Below, piece by piece: positions 22,773 to 36,568 of a DNA stretch of 64,000 bases. Origin of the DNA: Malacoraja senta. Lineage: Eukaryota. Below the pieces are notes generated by a model. That model ran no database searches. It saw nothing but the letters and a program-made list of their open reading frames with translations, and was not told the DNA's origin. The translations under genes were made by a program, and so were the position numbers. How positions within the stretch are numbered: position 1 is the stretch's first letter; the number at the start of each line of letters is the position of its first letter. Where the stretch lies: contig JAXLNO010001453.1 of the NCBI GenBank assembly GCA_038087875.1, forward strand, positions 186,001 to 250,000. The letters run 5' to 3'.

Positions 22773-25700
22773 AAATCGAAGCGGTCGGGTTAAACATAGA
22801 AACATAAAAACATAGAAAATATGTGCAGGAATAGGCCATTCTGCCCTTCGAGCCTGAAACGCTATTCAATATGATCATGGCTGATCATCCAACTCAGTAT
22901 CCTGTACCTGCTTTCTCTCCATACCCCCTGATCCCATTAGCCACAAGGGCCACATCTAAATCCCTCTAACTAAATGTTGTGGTCTAGCATAACGGGTCCA
23001 CAAATCAAGGAGGCACAAGGGAAGATACAAAACAAAATACACAAGGTATGCGTAGTCCTTGCCATCAGTAAATGTCGTTTGGCATGTAAATGGCCATCGG
23101 GATGTTCCCGTTTTCAGTTTTAGAGATACAGCACAGAAACAGGCCCTTCGGCCCACCAATTTCACGTTGACCAGCGATCCCCGTACACTAACACTATGCT
23201 ACACATTGGACACTTTAGTTTCATTCTTGGAACACAGATTCTTAGATTCATGGAACACATCGCAGAACAGCGTATATTGACGTCGCAACACGTCTCATGC
23301 TTCCAGAAACCCACTGCACCGACGAGGTCCTCTCTCCAGCAGCCGGTCTCCTTACCGGCCCTATGTCGGCCTCCTCCCATTGTGGGCGGGCGAACCGGGA
23401 CTTCCGGCTGAGTTCCCGCGCGAGGCGCTTGTGCTCCGTCCTCGGTCTGCGGCTGGCGAACCAGGCTGGTCCTCAGTTATTGGCGATTGAGGTCTGGTCT
23501 AGCCAGCGATACTCTGTCCGCGTTGAGCTGCCTACTGCTGGGTGTGGCCGCGGCTAGATCACATCTGGCCGCGCTTTGGCCACATTCGAGACACATGCAG
23601 GTTTGCCGTTTAATTGGTCTCTATAATTGTTCCTGTGTGCAGGAGAGAGGCTGTGTGCGGGTACTTGCTGGTCGGCGTGGACGTGATGGAGCGAAGGGAC
23701 TGTTTTCACTCTGTAAACTAAACTAAAGAAAACACAAGCAATGTCTTATAGTTCACTCTATAATTCGTTCTCTTCAGAAACGGCACGAAGTTAGATTGTT
23801 TTCCTTTCAATGCTACATTATCGTGTAACTGAAATGTAACTAGCAGATGAAAGTGTTTTCACCGGAAGTAAAGATAATGAAATGTTTCTGGCTTCTTCTT
23901 CGCATTTCTTTATTCTTCCATGTACTTTTTAGATAGAGAGAACAAAAGATGAAAAACTCTTTTGTTATTAACATAAATCCTATTAAATCGTAGACAAAAA
24001 TATCAGCGAGATTGATTCGAATTGATCGGAGAGCACCTTGGTTCGCATTGAATAATTACAATTGTCGAAACAGAATCTCTTGTTTGTTTCATATTGCTCA
24101 TGTTGACAGTTGTTCAAAGAAGAAGAAAGATTCACTTGGTTAACTTGGTCAACACATTCCTATGTATTCATAATTTGAATGTTTAGTAATAAATTGATCT
24201 TTGGCTAAATCGACTAAACCTGTTGTTTTTATTCCTGTGTTGAAAGAAGTTGCGCAACTTCTGGGGGCAGATAAATCTTCGGTAACCCGTCATGGTCAAT
24301 GTGTATCTGCAACATCAGAGGTGCAGCTGTAGAAACGCTGCAGAATATGACAGTGCCCCAATGCCTTAATTCATCGAATCTGCTTTTTAACATTAGTACC
24401 GAACTCTCTCTTGAGTACATCAATTTTATTTTATTGCTAATATTATGCAATCTCCGGTCAGTCACCAATCAAATACACTTTACTGATTGCACCTGGCGAA
24501 TTCTATTTTGAAGAAAAATAAACAGCCTTTATCATTAACCTTCTTTTTCGCCTTCTAACTGCTGCTTTTCCGCTGGAGATTTCTTTTATTTTCTGTGCAA
24601 TTGTACATGTTCAGTATCTGCGGTATTTTGTATTTTATTAAACTACGCCATATTGCAGCTGGTCCAAATTGGGCGCATCTTCTGCTGCATATGCCATACA
24701 TGCAGGGTACAGCCATTGCCTGAAAATTAAAAAAAAAACTTCGTTTAACAGCAGGCACAATCACTGTTCACAATCACTGCACCTCTTCGGACTTCCTGTG
24801 GCCATTGCGAAAATAATACCAAACTTCCTAAACCTGGACCAGACTCTGCCTGTTTTGGAACTTTGAAAAGATTTTGTTGCGTGCTATCCAGTCAGCAGAA
24901 AGACAATACTTGTTGTAATGGAGCCATTTGTAGTATTATAGATACATGATAATGGAACAACGTTTATTGCAAGGTGAAGCCAGCATAGCTCAATCAAACA
25001 TAGTGCTAGGGTCAGCATTTAGGTAGATCAGTTGAGGAACAGATTTTTAGTTCACAATGTCGGTGTCGACCCGATACCAAGAGCAGCTCCGATCTACCTG
25101 CGCGTTACTGATATCCCTCCATTCCCTGCAGATTCATATCTCCATCCAAAACTATTTTAAATTCCACTATCGTATCCGCCTTAACCATCAGCCCTGGCAG
25201 CGCCTTACATGCACTCGCCACACTTTGTGTAAAACATTGCGCCGCACATGTTCGTTACATTTTGCCCTTCGTACCATAAAGCTGTGACCTCTTGTATATA
25301 ATGTTTTACATTCTGGGAAAATCAAAGTTCCGCCAGTCTACCGGGTCTCATAAGTTTACATAACTCGACCAGGTCTCCCCGCAATCTCCGACGTTCCAGA
25401 GGGATAAAAATCCAAATATGACCAATCTCTCCCTGTACCTAATACCCGCCAATCCAGCCACCGTGCGCAACTGGACAACTGCGGCTGTGAAACACGCTGT
25501 TCTTATTACGTTTCTCCATCTTGCTGAATTGACAAAGTCATTCACTAATGGCTTTGCTGCCGGTCACCAGTTTCTGCAGCGTGCTAGTTTAGTTAGTTTA
25601 CATTAGTTTGGTGTAGTTAAAGTAAACTAAACAAATACAAGTATAAATATAAAGGTGTATAGTAAAAGCGTCTTTAGGTATGTGATGAGGAAAAAATAGT

Positions 25701-28700
25701 TAAGACCATAGTTGGACCCTTGAAGACTGAACAGGGTCAATTTATTACGGGGTACAAGGAAATGGCAAATGAGTTGGACAGGTACTTTGGATCCGTCTTC
25801 ACTAAGGAGGACAGAAACAATCTTCCAGATGTACTAGCCGGATGATCTGGGGTGACGGAGTAACTGAAGGAAATCGACAATTGGCAGGAAATGGTGTTGG
25901 GTAGACTGATGCGATTGAAGGCTGATAAATCCCCAGCGCCTGATGATCTGCATCCCAGGGTAGATAAGGAAGTGACTCTAGAAATCGTGGACGCATTGGT
26001 GATCATTTTCCAATGTTCTATAGATTCAGGATAGGTTCCTGTGGATTGGAGTGTAGCTGATGTTATCCCACTTTTTAAGAAAGGCGGGAGAGAGAAAACA
26101 GTGAATTATAGATCAGTTAGCTTGACATCGGTGGTAGGGAAGATGCTGGAGTCAACAATGTAAGATGAAATGGCGGCTCATTTGGAGAGAAGCAACAGGA
26201 TCGGTCCGAATCAGCATGGATTTACGAAGGGGAAATCATGCTTGACTAATCTTCTGGAATTTTTTGAGGATTTAACTAGGAGAATGGACAAGGGAAAGCC
26301 AGAGGATGAAGTGCACCTGGACATTCAGAAAGCATTTGATAAAGTCCCACATTGGAGATTAGTGGGCAAAATTAGGGCACATGGTATTGGGGGTAGAGTG
26401 CTGACATGGATAGCTAATTTGCTCATGTTACTTTGATTCCCTTCATCCAAATCATTTATGTATATTGTAAATAGCTGCGGTCCCAGCACCGACCTTGCGG
26501 TACCCAACTTTTCACTGCCTGCCATTCCGAATGGGACCCGTTAATCCCTACTCTTTGTATCCTGTCTGCCAAACAATTTTTCATCCATGTCAGCGCTCTA
26601 CCACCAATACCATGTGGCCTAATTTTGCCCACTAATCTCCTGTGGGACCTTATCAAATGCTTTCTGAATGACCAGGACACTACATCCACTGGCTCTACCT
26701 TGTCCATTTTCCTACTTCCATCCTTAAAAAAATTCCAGAAGATTAGTCAAGCATTCCATGCTGACTCGGACCGATCCTGTTACTGCTAACCAAATGTGCC
26801 GCTATTCTTTTATAATTGATTCCAGCATCTACCCAACCACCGATGTCAGGCAAACTGGTCTATAATTCCCTGTTTTCTCTCTGCCGCATTTCTTAGAAAG
26901 TGGGATAACATTAGCTACCCTCCAATCCACAGGAACTGATCCTGAATCTAGAGAACATTGGAAAATTATCACCAATGCATCCACAATTTCTAAGCCACTT
27001 CCTTAAGTACCCTGGGATGCAGACTATCAGGCCTTGGGGATTTATCAGCCTTCAGTCCCATCAGTCTACAGAACACCATTTCATGCTTAATGTGGATTTC
27101 CTTCAGTTCATTTGTCACCCCAGATCCCCTGGCCACATCAAGAACATTGTTTGTGTCCTCCATAGTGAAGACGGATCCAAAGTACCTGTTCAACCCATCT
27201 GCCATTTCCTTGTTCCCAATAATAAATTCACTTTTTTCAATCTTCATGGTCCAATCTTCAAGGATGTAGTTTAGGCAGGTATTGTCGCAACGTTTAAGAA
27301 ATATTGCGACAGGTACATAGATAAGATATGTTAAGAGGAATATGGGCCATTCGTATGCAGGTGGGTGTGCAGATGGGATACGTTGGTCATCGCGGGCAGT
27401 ATGGGCCGGAGGACTATGTTTCACGCTGTATTACACTAGAACTCTATGCCAAGATCGAAGAACAAATCACCTTCCGCTTTTGCAAGCCACACGTTTCTGG
27501 AGTTAACATCCGAGTCTTCAACGTTACTATATCTCTCTTCCTCCTCATTTGGAAGAAAATACGGCATATCGACGACTGTCTTGATTATATTGCCTCTCGT
27601 GATAACGTTCAAAACTTGAAATGTCTATTCACAACATCGTTCGCTCCAGAGAAATAAAATATCCTGCCCTATACAGTCTCTCTCGGAATTGAACGTCTCC
27701 AGTCCTGGCAAAAACGTTTTCATTAATACTCTGCCACTCCCCACATTAATGGTATCAATGCTAACATATTGCGATCTGAAGAACATCGCACGTGCTGTCT
27801 CGCCAACGTCCTATACCAGATGTTTGAACTCCACTTATACCCAACTGCGTGGGACTCCCGCAGTGAAATAAGGCCACACCTCATGCTGGCTGAGGGAAGA
27901 AAAAACCCTACCATCCACATTCAAATTTACTCGCATTGGTTGTAAGCAGATTGTTCATGAACAAGATGGAGAAATGGCCCTCTTTCCGTGCTGTGTAACA
28001 TGCAACTACCACTTACAGTGAGAGTTCGTTCAATATACCTGCCCCGCCCGCGAGGAAGAGTTGACGCTGCGTCCCTTTAAACATTTACCGTCTCATTTGG
28101 TACTTTTGCCCTCTTTTAGAGACGTATATCCGAGGAACAAAATAATATACCTCCACTGATCATCACCGTGTCTTATTTTAACCCTCCATAACTCCTCATT
28201 GTTTTGTTCGCTGCAGAGGGAAAACGCTTCTGCATTATCCTGTCCATCTTACAATTCACTCCGCCCAATATTAGTACCAGTATTGTGAATAGAGTTGTAT
28301 ACTCCATAGTTTAAATGGATCCTTAATTAATTATTTCGAAAAATAATATCCCTCCTCCTGTGCTGTACTGCTCTGTGAAGTTTTTTTTCTGTGAATTGCA
28401 TAGTTTGAGTGCACAAAACATGACACTTCTTTCTTAGGACACGACTTTCTTCAGAATGATCTATTCCCAAACATGTACCGCCGGTCAGACTCCCCTTAAC
28501 CGATTCAGTCGGCTCTATCATCTTGCACATCAACATTCTTGATATCTCCAACGGATCAATGCATTGAGATTATTTCGCCCTAATATCTGAAACAACATCA
28601 AAATCAGTTCACCTCTCGTTTTATGAAATAACACATTTCTTTCAAGATAACCTGTAGATCAAGAACATTTCTTGTCGATATTTATTTCTGGTCAGTTTCC

Positions 28701-29092
28701 TCGTTACACATAATATTTGCATATTATTTACTTCAAGAAGTGCCAGCAGTTGAAAGATAGTAATGCTGCTGTTGTAGCTGAATTGTATAAGATGTCGTCT
28801 AGAAGGTTGCTGTGATTGACATCATTTGGACCCTGCCCAAGAATGATTCCCTTTTCTTTTGAAAAGGAGCTGCACGGGGAATCCAGGATCAAATTATTAA
28901 TGGGTGCATGTTAAGTGAATGGAACGGTCTCTGGAAAATGCATTACAAATGCTACAAATAAAATACTGTATTATATAGCAGCATATGTGGATAAATGGTA
29001 TATGAGATGTATTTTGGTGCATAAAATTTTTTAATTTTTTAATTTTTAATTTTTTTTTTAAATATTAATTTTATTTTTAATTTACTTCCCCC

Positions 29093-32000
29093 TAGTCCTA
29101 TCTACCTGCACTCAGACCACAATCCTTCATTCCTTTCCCTTCCATATACCCATCCAATCTATTTTTAAAGGATAACATCGAACCTGCCTCCACCACTTCC
29201 ACTGGAAGTTCATTCCACACAGCTACCAATCTATGAGTAAAGAAGTTCCCCCTAATGTTACCCCTAAACTTCTGTCCCTTAATTCTCAAGTCATGTTCCC
29301 TTGTTTGAATCTTCTCTACTCTCAATGGGAAAAGCTTATCCACGTCCACTCTGTCTAACGCGCTCATAATTTTAAAGACCTCTATCAAGTCCCCTCTTAA
29401 CTTGTTCAACCTTTCTCTGTAACGTAGTTGCTGAAACCCAGGCAACATTCTAGTAAATCTCCTCTGTACTCTCTCTATTTTGTTGACATCCTTCCTATAA
29501 TTAGGCGACCAAAATTGTACTCCATACACCAGAATTGGCCTCACCAATGCCTTGTACAATTTTAACATTACATCCCAACTTCTATATTCAATGCTCTGAT
29601 TTATAAAGGCCAGCACACCACAAGCTTTCTTTACCACCCTATCTACGTGAGATTCCACCTTCAGGGAACTATAGCAAGATAGCAATTAATGATTATGATA
29701 TAACAGATAGCAATTAATGATTATGATATAGTTGGGATCACGGAGACATGGCTCCAGGGTGACCAAGGCTGGGAGCTGAACATCCAGGGATATTCAATAT
29801 TCTGGAGGGATAGAGAGAAAGGAAAAGGAGGTGGGGTAGCGTTGCTGGTTAGAGAGGAGATTAACGCAGTGGAAAGGAAGGACATCAGCTTGGAGGATGT
29901 GGAATCGGTATGGGTAGAGCTACGAAATACTAAGGGGCAGAAAACGCTGGTGGGTGTTGTGTACAGGCCACCTAGCAGTAGTAGTGAAGTTGGGGATGGC
30001 ATCAAACAGGAAATTAGAAATGCGTGCAACAAAGGCAAAACAGTTATAATGGGTGACTTCAATCTACATATAGATTGGGTGAATCAAATTGGCAGGGGTG
30101 CTGAGGAAGAGGATTTCTTGGAATGTATGAGGGATAGTTATCTAAACCAACATGTAGAGGAACCAACGAGAGAGCAGGCTATTCTAGACTGGGTATTGAG
30201 TAATGAGGAAGGGTTAGTTAGCAGACTTGTTGTGCGTGCCCCCTTGGGCAAGAGTGACCATAATATGGTTGAGTTCTTCATTAGGATGGAGAGTGACATT
30301 GTTAATTCAGAAACAACGGTTCTGAACTTAAAGAAAGGTAACTTTGAGGGTATGAGACGTGAATTGGCCAAGATTGACTGGCAATTAGTTCTAAAAGGGT
30401 TGACGGTGGATATGCAATGGAAGGCATTTAAAGACTGCATGGATGAACTACAAAAATTGTTCATCCCAGTTTGGCAAAAGAATAAATCAGGGAAGGTAGT
30501 GCATCCGTGGATAACAAGGGAAATCAGGGATAGTATCAAAGCAAAAGATGATGCGTACAAATTAGCCAGAAAAAGCAGCATACCAGAGGACTGGGAGAAA
30601 TTCAGAGACCAGCAGAGGAGGACAAAGGGCTTAATTAGGAAAGGGAAAATAGATTATGAAAGGAAACTGGCAGGGAACATAAAAACTGACTGCAAAAGTT
30701 TTTATAGATATGTGAAGAGAAAGAGATTAGTTAAAACAAATGTAGGTCCCTTGCAGTCAGAAACAGGTGAATTGATCATGGGGAACAAGGATATGGCGGA
30801 CCAATTGAATAACTACTTTGGTTCCGTCTTCACTAAGGAAGACATAAATAATCTGCCGGAAATAGCAGGGGGCCGCGGGTCAAAGGAGATGGAGGAACTG
30901 AGTGAAATCCAGGTTAGTCGGGAAGTGGTGTTGGGTAAATTGAATGGATTAAAGGCCGATAAATCACCAGGGCCAGATAGGCTGCATCCCAGAGTACTTA
31001 AGGAAGTAGCTCCAGAAATAGTGGATGCATTAGTGATAATTTTTCAAAATTCTTTAAATTCTGGAGTAGTTCCTGAGGATTGGAGGGTAGCAAACGTAAC
31101 CCCACTTTTTAAGAAGGGAGGGAGAGAGAAAACGGGGAATTACAGACCAGTTAGTCTAACATCGGTAGTGGGGAAACTGCTAGAGTCAGTTATTAAAGAT
31201 GGGATAGCAGCACATTTGGAAAGTGGTGAAATCATTCGACAAAGTCAGCATGGATTTACGAAAGGTAAATCGTGTCTGACGAATCTTATAGAATTTTTCG
31301 AGGATGTAACTAGTAGAGTGGATAGGGGAGAACCAGTGGATGTGTTGTATCTGGACTTTCAGAAGGCTTTCGACAAGGTACCACATAAGAGATTAGGATA
31401 CAAACTTAAATCACACGGTATTGGGGGTTCAGTATTGATGTGGATAGAGAACTGGCTGGCAAACAGGAAGCAAAGAGTAGGAGTAAACGGGTCCTTTTCA
31501 CAATGGCAGGCAGTGACTAGTGGGGTACCGCAAGGCTCAGTGCTGGGACCCCAGCTATTTACAATTTATATTAATGATCTGGACGAGGGAATTGAAAGCA
31601 ACATCTCCAAGTTTGCGGATGACACTAAGCTGGGGGGCAGTGTTAGCTGTGAAAATGATGCTAGGAGACTGCAAGGTGACTTGGATAGGCTGGGTGAGTG
31701 GGCAAATGTTTGGCAGATGCAGTATAATGTGGATAAATGTGAGGTTATCCACTTTGGTGGCAAAAAAGGGAAGGCAGACTATTATCTAAATGGTGGCCGA
31801 TTAGGAAATGGGGAGGTGCAGCGAGACCTGGGTGTCATGGTACACCAGTCATTGAAAGTAGGCATGCAGGGGCAGCAGGCAGTGAAGAAAGCGAATGGTA
31901 TGTTGGCCTTCATAGCAAGAGGATTTGAGTATAGGAGCAGGGAGGTTCTACTGCAGTTGTACAGGGTCTTGGTGAGACCACACCTGGAGTATTGCGTACA

Positions 32001-35000
32001 GTTTTGGTCTCCAAATCTGAGGAAGGACATTATAGCCATAGAGGGAGTGCAGAGAAGGTTCACCAGACTGATTCCTGGGATGTCAGGACTTTCATATGAA
32101 GAAAGACTGGATAGACTTGGCTTATACTCGCTAGAATTTAGGAGATTGAGAGGGGATCTTATAGAAACGTACAAAATTCTTATGGGGTTGGACAGGCTAG
32201 ATGCAGGAAGATTGTTCCCGATGTTGGGGAAGTCCAGGACAAGGGGTCACAGCTTAAGGATAAGGGGGAAATCCTTTAAGACCGAGATGAGGAAAAACTT
32301 TTTCACACAGAGAGTGGTGAATCTCTGGAACTCTCTGCCACAGAGGGTAGTTGACGCCAGTTCATTGGCTATATTTAAGAGGGAGTTAGATGTGGCCCTT
32401 GTGGCTAAAGGGATCAGGGGGTATGGAGAGAAGGCAGGTACGGGATACTGAGTTGGATGATCAGCCATGATCATATTGAATGGCGGTGCAGGCTCGAAGG
32501 GCCGAATGGCCTACTCCTGCACCTATTTTCTATGTTTCTATGTTTCTATGTTTCTATGCACAGTTATTCCTAGATCCCTCTGTTCAACTGCATTCCTCAA
32601 TTCGCTACCATTTACCATGTACGTCCTATTTTGATTTGTCCTGCCGTGATGCAGCACCTCACATTTGTCAGCATTAAACTCCATCTGCCATCTTTCAGCC
32701 CAGTCTTCCAAATGGCCTAAATCTCTCTGTAGACTTTGAAAATCTACTTCATTATCCACAACACCACCTATCTTAGTATCATCTGCATACTTACTAATCC
32801 AATTTTCCACACCATAGATGTACATGACAAACAACAGTGGACCCAACTCAGACCCCTGAGGCACCCCACTAGTCACCGGCCTCCAACCTGACAAACAGCC
32901 ATCCACCATTACTCTCTGGCATCTCCCATTCAGCCACTGTTGAATCCATCTTGCCACTCCACCATTAATACCCAACAATTGAATCTTCTTAACCAACCTT
33001 CCATGAGGAACCTTGCCAAAGGCCTTACTGAATTCCATATAGACAACATCCACTGCTTTACCCTCATCAATTTCCCTAGTAACCTCTTCGAAAAATTCAA
33101 CAAGATTAGTCAAGCATGACCTTCCAGGCACAAATCCATGTTGACTGTTCCTAATCAGACCCTGGTTATCCAGATGCTTATATATATTATCTTTAAGTAT
33201 CCTTTCTATTAATTTGCCCACCACTGACGTCAAACTAACAGGTCTATAATTGCTAGGTTTACTCTTCGAACCCTTTTTAAACAACGGAACAACATGCGCA
33301 GTACGCCAATCCTCCGGCACTTTTCCCGTTTCTAATGACATTTGAAATATTTCTGTCATAGCCCCTGCTATTTCTACACTAACTTCCCTCAATGTCCTAG
33401 GGAATATCCTGTCAGGACCTGGCGACTTATCCGTTTTCATATTTTTCAAAAGTGTCCGCACCTCCTCTTCTTTGAATCTCACAGTTTCCATTGATACTCT
33501 GCTTGTTTCCCTTACCTCACATAATTCCATATCCTTCTCCTTGGTGAATACCGAAGAAAAGAAATTGTTCAATATCTCCCCCATCTCTTTTGGCTCTGCA
33601 GATAGCTGTCCACTCTGACTCTCTAATGGACACATTTTATTCCTTATTATCCCTTTGCTATTAATATATCTGTAGAAACCCTTTCGATTTACTTTCACCT
33701 TACTTGCCAAAGCAACCTCATATCTTCTTTTAGCTTTTCTTGTTTCTTTCTTAATATACTTTTTACATTCTTTATACTCCCCAAGCGCCTCATTTACTCC
33801 ATTCTGCCTATAATTATTGTAGATCTCTCTCTTTTTCCGAACCAAGTGTCCAATTTCCCTTGAAAACCATGGATCTTTCCAATTTTTACTATTTCCTTTC
33901 AACCGAACAGGTACATAAAGATTCTGTACTCCTAAAATTTCACCCTTAAATGTCCTCCATTTCTCTTCTACATCCTTCCCATAAAACAACATGTCCCACT
34001 TCACTCCTTTTAAATCCTTTCGCATCTCCTCAAAGTTAGCCTTTCTCCAATCAAAAATCTCAATCCTAGGTCCAGTTCTGACCCTCTCCATAATTGTATT
34101 GAAACTAATGGTATTGTGATCACTGGACCGGAAGTGCTCCCCGACGCATACCTCTGCCACCTGCCCTGACTCATTTCCTAACAGGAGGTCGAGCACTGCC
34201 CGTTCTCTAGTAGGTACCTCTATGTATTGCTGCAAAAAAGTATCCTGCACACATTTTACAAACTCCAAACCATCCAGCCCTTTTACAGAATGTGTTTCCC
34301 AGTCTATGTGTGGAAAATTGAAATCTCCCACAATCACTACCTTGTGCTTACTACTAATATCTGCCATCTCCTTACATATTTGCTCTTCCAATTCTCGCTC
34401 CCCATTTGGCGGTCTATAATACACCCCTATAAGTGTTGCTACACCTTTCCCATTTCTCAGTTCCACCCAAATAGCCTCCCTAGACGAGCCCTCTAATCTA
34501 TCCTGCCAAAGCACTGCTGTAATAACTTCCTTGACAAGCAATGCAACACCCCCACCTCTTGCCCCTCCAATTCTGTCACTCCTGAAGCAACGAAATCCTG
34601 GAATATTTAGTTTCCAATCACAGCCCTCCTGCAACCATGTTTCACTGATCGCCACAACATCATACTTCCAGGTGTCAATCCAGGCTCTAAGCTCATCCAC
34701 CTTTCTTACAATGCTCCTAGCATTAAAATATACACATTTAAGAAACCCATCACCACTTATTCTCTGTTTATTATCTTTTTCTTCTTTCTCCCCTACATTT
34801 TGGGTCCGAGTGCTTCCCTTCTCTGCCTCCTGCCTCCCACATTTTCCACTAGCTCTATTTGAGTCCCTCCCCCCAACCGTTCTAGTTTAAAGTCTCCCCA
34901 GTAGCCTTTGCAAATCTGCCCGCCAGGATATTGGTCCCCCTCGGGTTCAAGTGCAACCCGTCCTTTCTGTACAGGTCACACCTTCCCCAAAAGAGGTCCC

Positions 35001-35213
35001 AATGATCCAGAAATTTGAATCCCTGCCCGCTGCACCAGTTCCTCAGCCACGCATTTATCCCCCGCCTCATTCCATTCCTACTCTCACCGTCGCGTGGCAC
35101 AGGTAGTAATCCTGAGATTGTTACCTTTGCGGTCCTTCTCCTTAACTCTCCTCCTAACTCCCTAAATTCTCCTTTCAGGACCTCTTCTCTTTTTCTACCT
35201 ATGTCGTAACATA
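29093..35213 (-). mobile_element. CR1 LINE (ORF1 3' part plus ORF2), split by a nested CR1
   Basis: ORF 32538-34700 (720 aa, EN+RT) and ORF 29098-29685 rejoin in frame as ...DLGITVH|SSLKVES... once 29673-32557 is removed. Same insertion as 7343-10433. Confidence 0.95.
29673..32553 (+). mobile_element. Young 5'-truncated CR1 LINE with uninterrupted ORF2 and (GTTTCTAT)n tail
   Basis: Open frame 29704-32451 with ITETW, GDFN, SDH, QHGF, PQGS and FADD motifs. CTAT at 29669-29672 and 32554-32557; empty site actatgcacag at about 7771-7781. Confidence 0.97.
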
Positions 35214-35679
35214 TGTTATCACTAATTCTCACTGATTAAGGTATGTTCATTAGAAAGTCGTGTATCCAATCGCAAGCTGGAGTGCTGATCGCTAGGCTCG
35301 GGAGTTTATCAATGTGTTTGGAAGGGAGTAGTGTAGACGGCAAGTGCTCCAGCGGAGAAATGGGAATCTAACGTTCGACTCCTTCCTGCCTGGCTGTTGG
35401 AGAGACGGGTTTAGGTCCAGGACGATGGCGTCTGATGCGGAACTGCTGCTGCAATATGCAGTCTGCGGTTCATCAAAGGCGGCTGGGGAGGGCTCACGCT
35501 ACCTGCGTATACCGCTGATAGCTAATGCGCACATCTCCTTAGCACGCACTGAGGGATTGCAAGTAGCGCAGTCGTTTTCGACCAAATAAACAAAGCGTAC
35601 CAAAAATTTACCCCCACCCCAAATTAGCATCGCGTTTCCCTTTCATGTAACGAGAGTTTCCTCTTTTCTACTCCCCCAG

Positions 35680-36568
35680 TGAACTTGTTGGCGATTGTGA
35701 TCCTGTCCCGCAGAAATTGTGGTCTCTCAAAATGCACCACTCGTTACCTGGTGGCCATGGCGGCGGTGGACCTCTCAGTGATTGGCTGCGAAGTGATATT
35801 ACATCGGATTGCCGACGTTTACTGGTGGCGCACATTCTTATTCCACAATACTGTGTGCAGGTGCATTATGTTCCTCGCTCCCGCCGCCGTTGCCTGTTCG
35901 GTTTGGCTCACGGTCGCTTTCACATTTGATCGCTTTGTGGCCATTTCCACTCAGAATCTGAGAACCAGATACTGCACCGAAAGAACCGCGGTGGTGGTTA
36001 TAGTGACCCTAACTGCGTTGTTCTGTTTACAGAACGCTCCCTGGCCGTTTGCGTACACTTATTATCTCAGAGATCAGCAGGGTATACAGTGGGGTTGCCG
36101 AATACCATATCACTTTTATGTCCTGCCCTATCAACAGCTGCTAATCCCAGTCATTCCATTTTGTTTGATTATGCTGATGAACGTGCTCACAGTCAGACGC
36201 ATTTTAGTGGCCAGTCGTGTCCGCAGAAAACTCCGCGATCTCAGTAGTGAGGACCCCGAGATCCCAAACCGCAGACGGTCCGTAATTTTACTCCTTGCAA
36301 TTTCCAGCTGTTTTATGCTGCTCTGGGGCACAAATGTGGCATTTTTCGTTTTCTATCGATGTACGCATTTTGGTTCAGGGGGTTGAAGAACCGATTTGCA
36401 ACATTTGAACAAACTGGAATTATGCTACAACTGTTGAACACCTGCACAAACACGCTCATTTCCACCGTGACCCAGAGGAGGTTCAGAGAGCAGCTGCTCC
36501 AGGTACTCAAATGCCCCTTCACCCTAACTGTAAGCTTATTAAAATCGAGAAAACATGGCGTAAAATAA
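35680..36568 (+). pseudogene. GPR139/GPR142-like GPCR, copy 2 (exon 2 only; pseudogene)
   Basis: Acceptor intact (35678-35679) but no exon 1. Net 21-nt in-frame loss (SWIAFSWT replaced by Y, about 36128) and a 4-nt frameshifting deletion at about 36365. Confidence 0.9.

Noticed and set aside
30138-32474. Antisense ORFs over CR1 ORF2 (for example 30138-30581, 31782-32174, 38580-39110)
   Set aside because: Shadow frames of LINE coding sequence, recurring wherever CR1 occurs.
32521-32557. Short periodic repeats (GTTTCTAT, GAAACATA, GACAATA, AATC, ATTGT) as CRISPR or functional arrays
   Set aside because: No spacers; each sits at the 3' end of a LINE and is its microsatellite tail.
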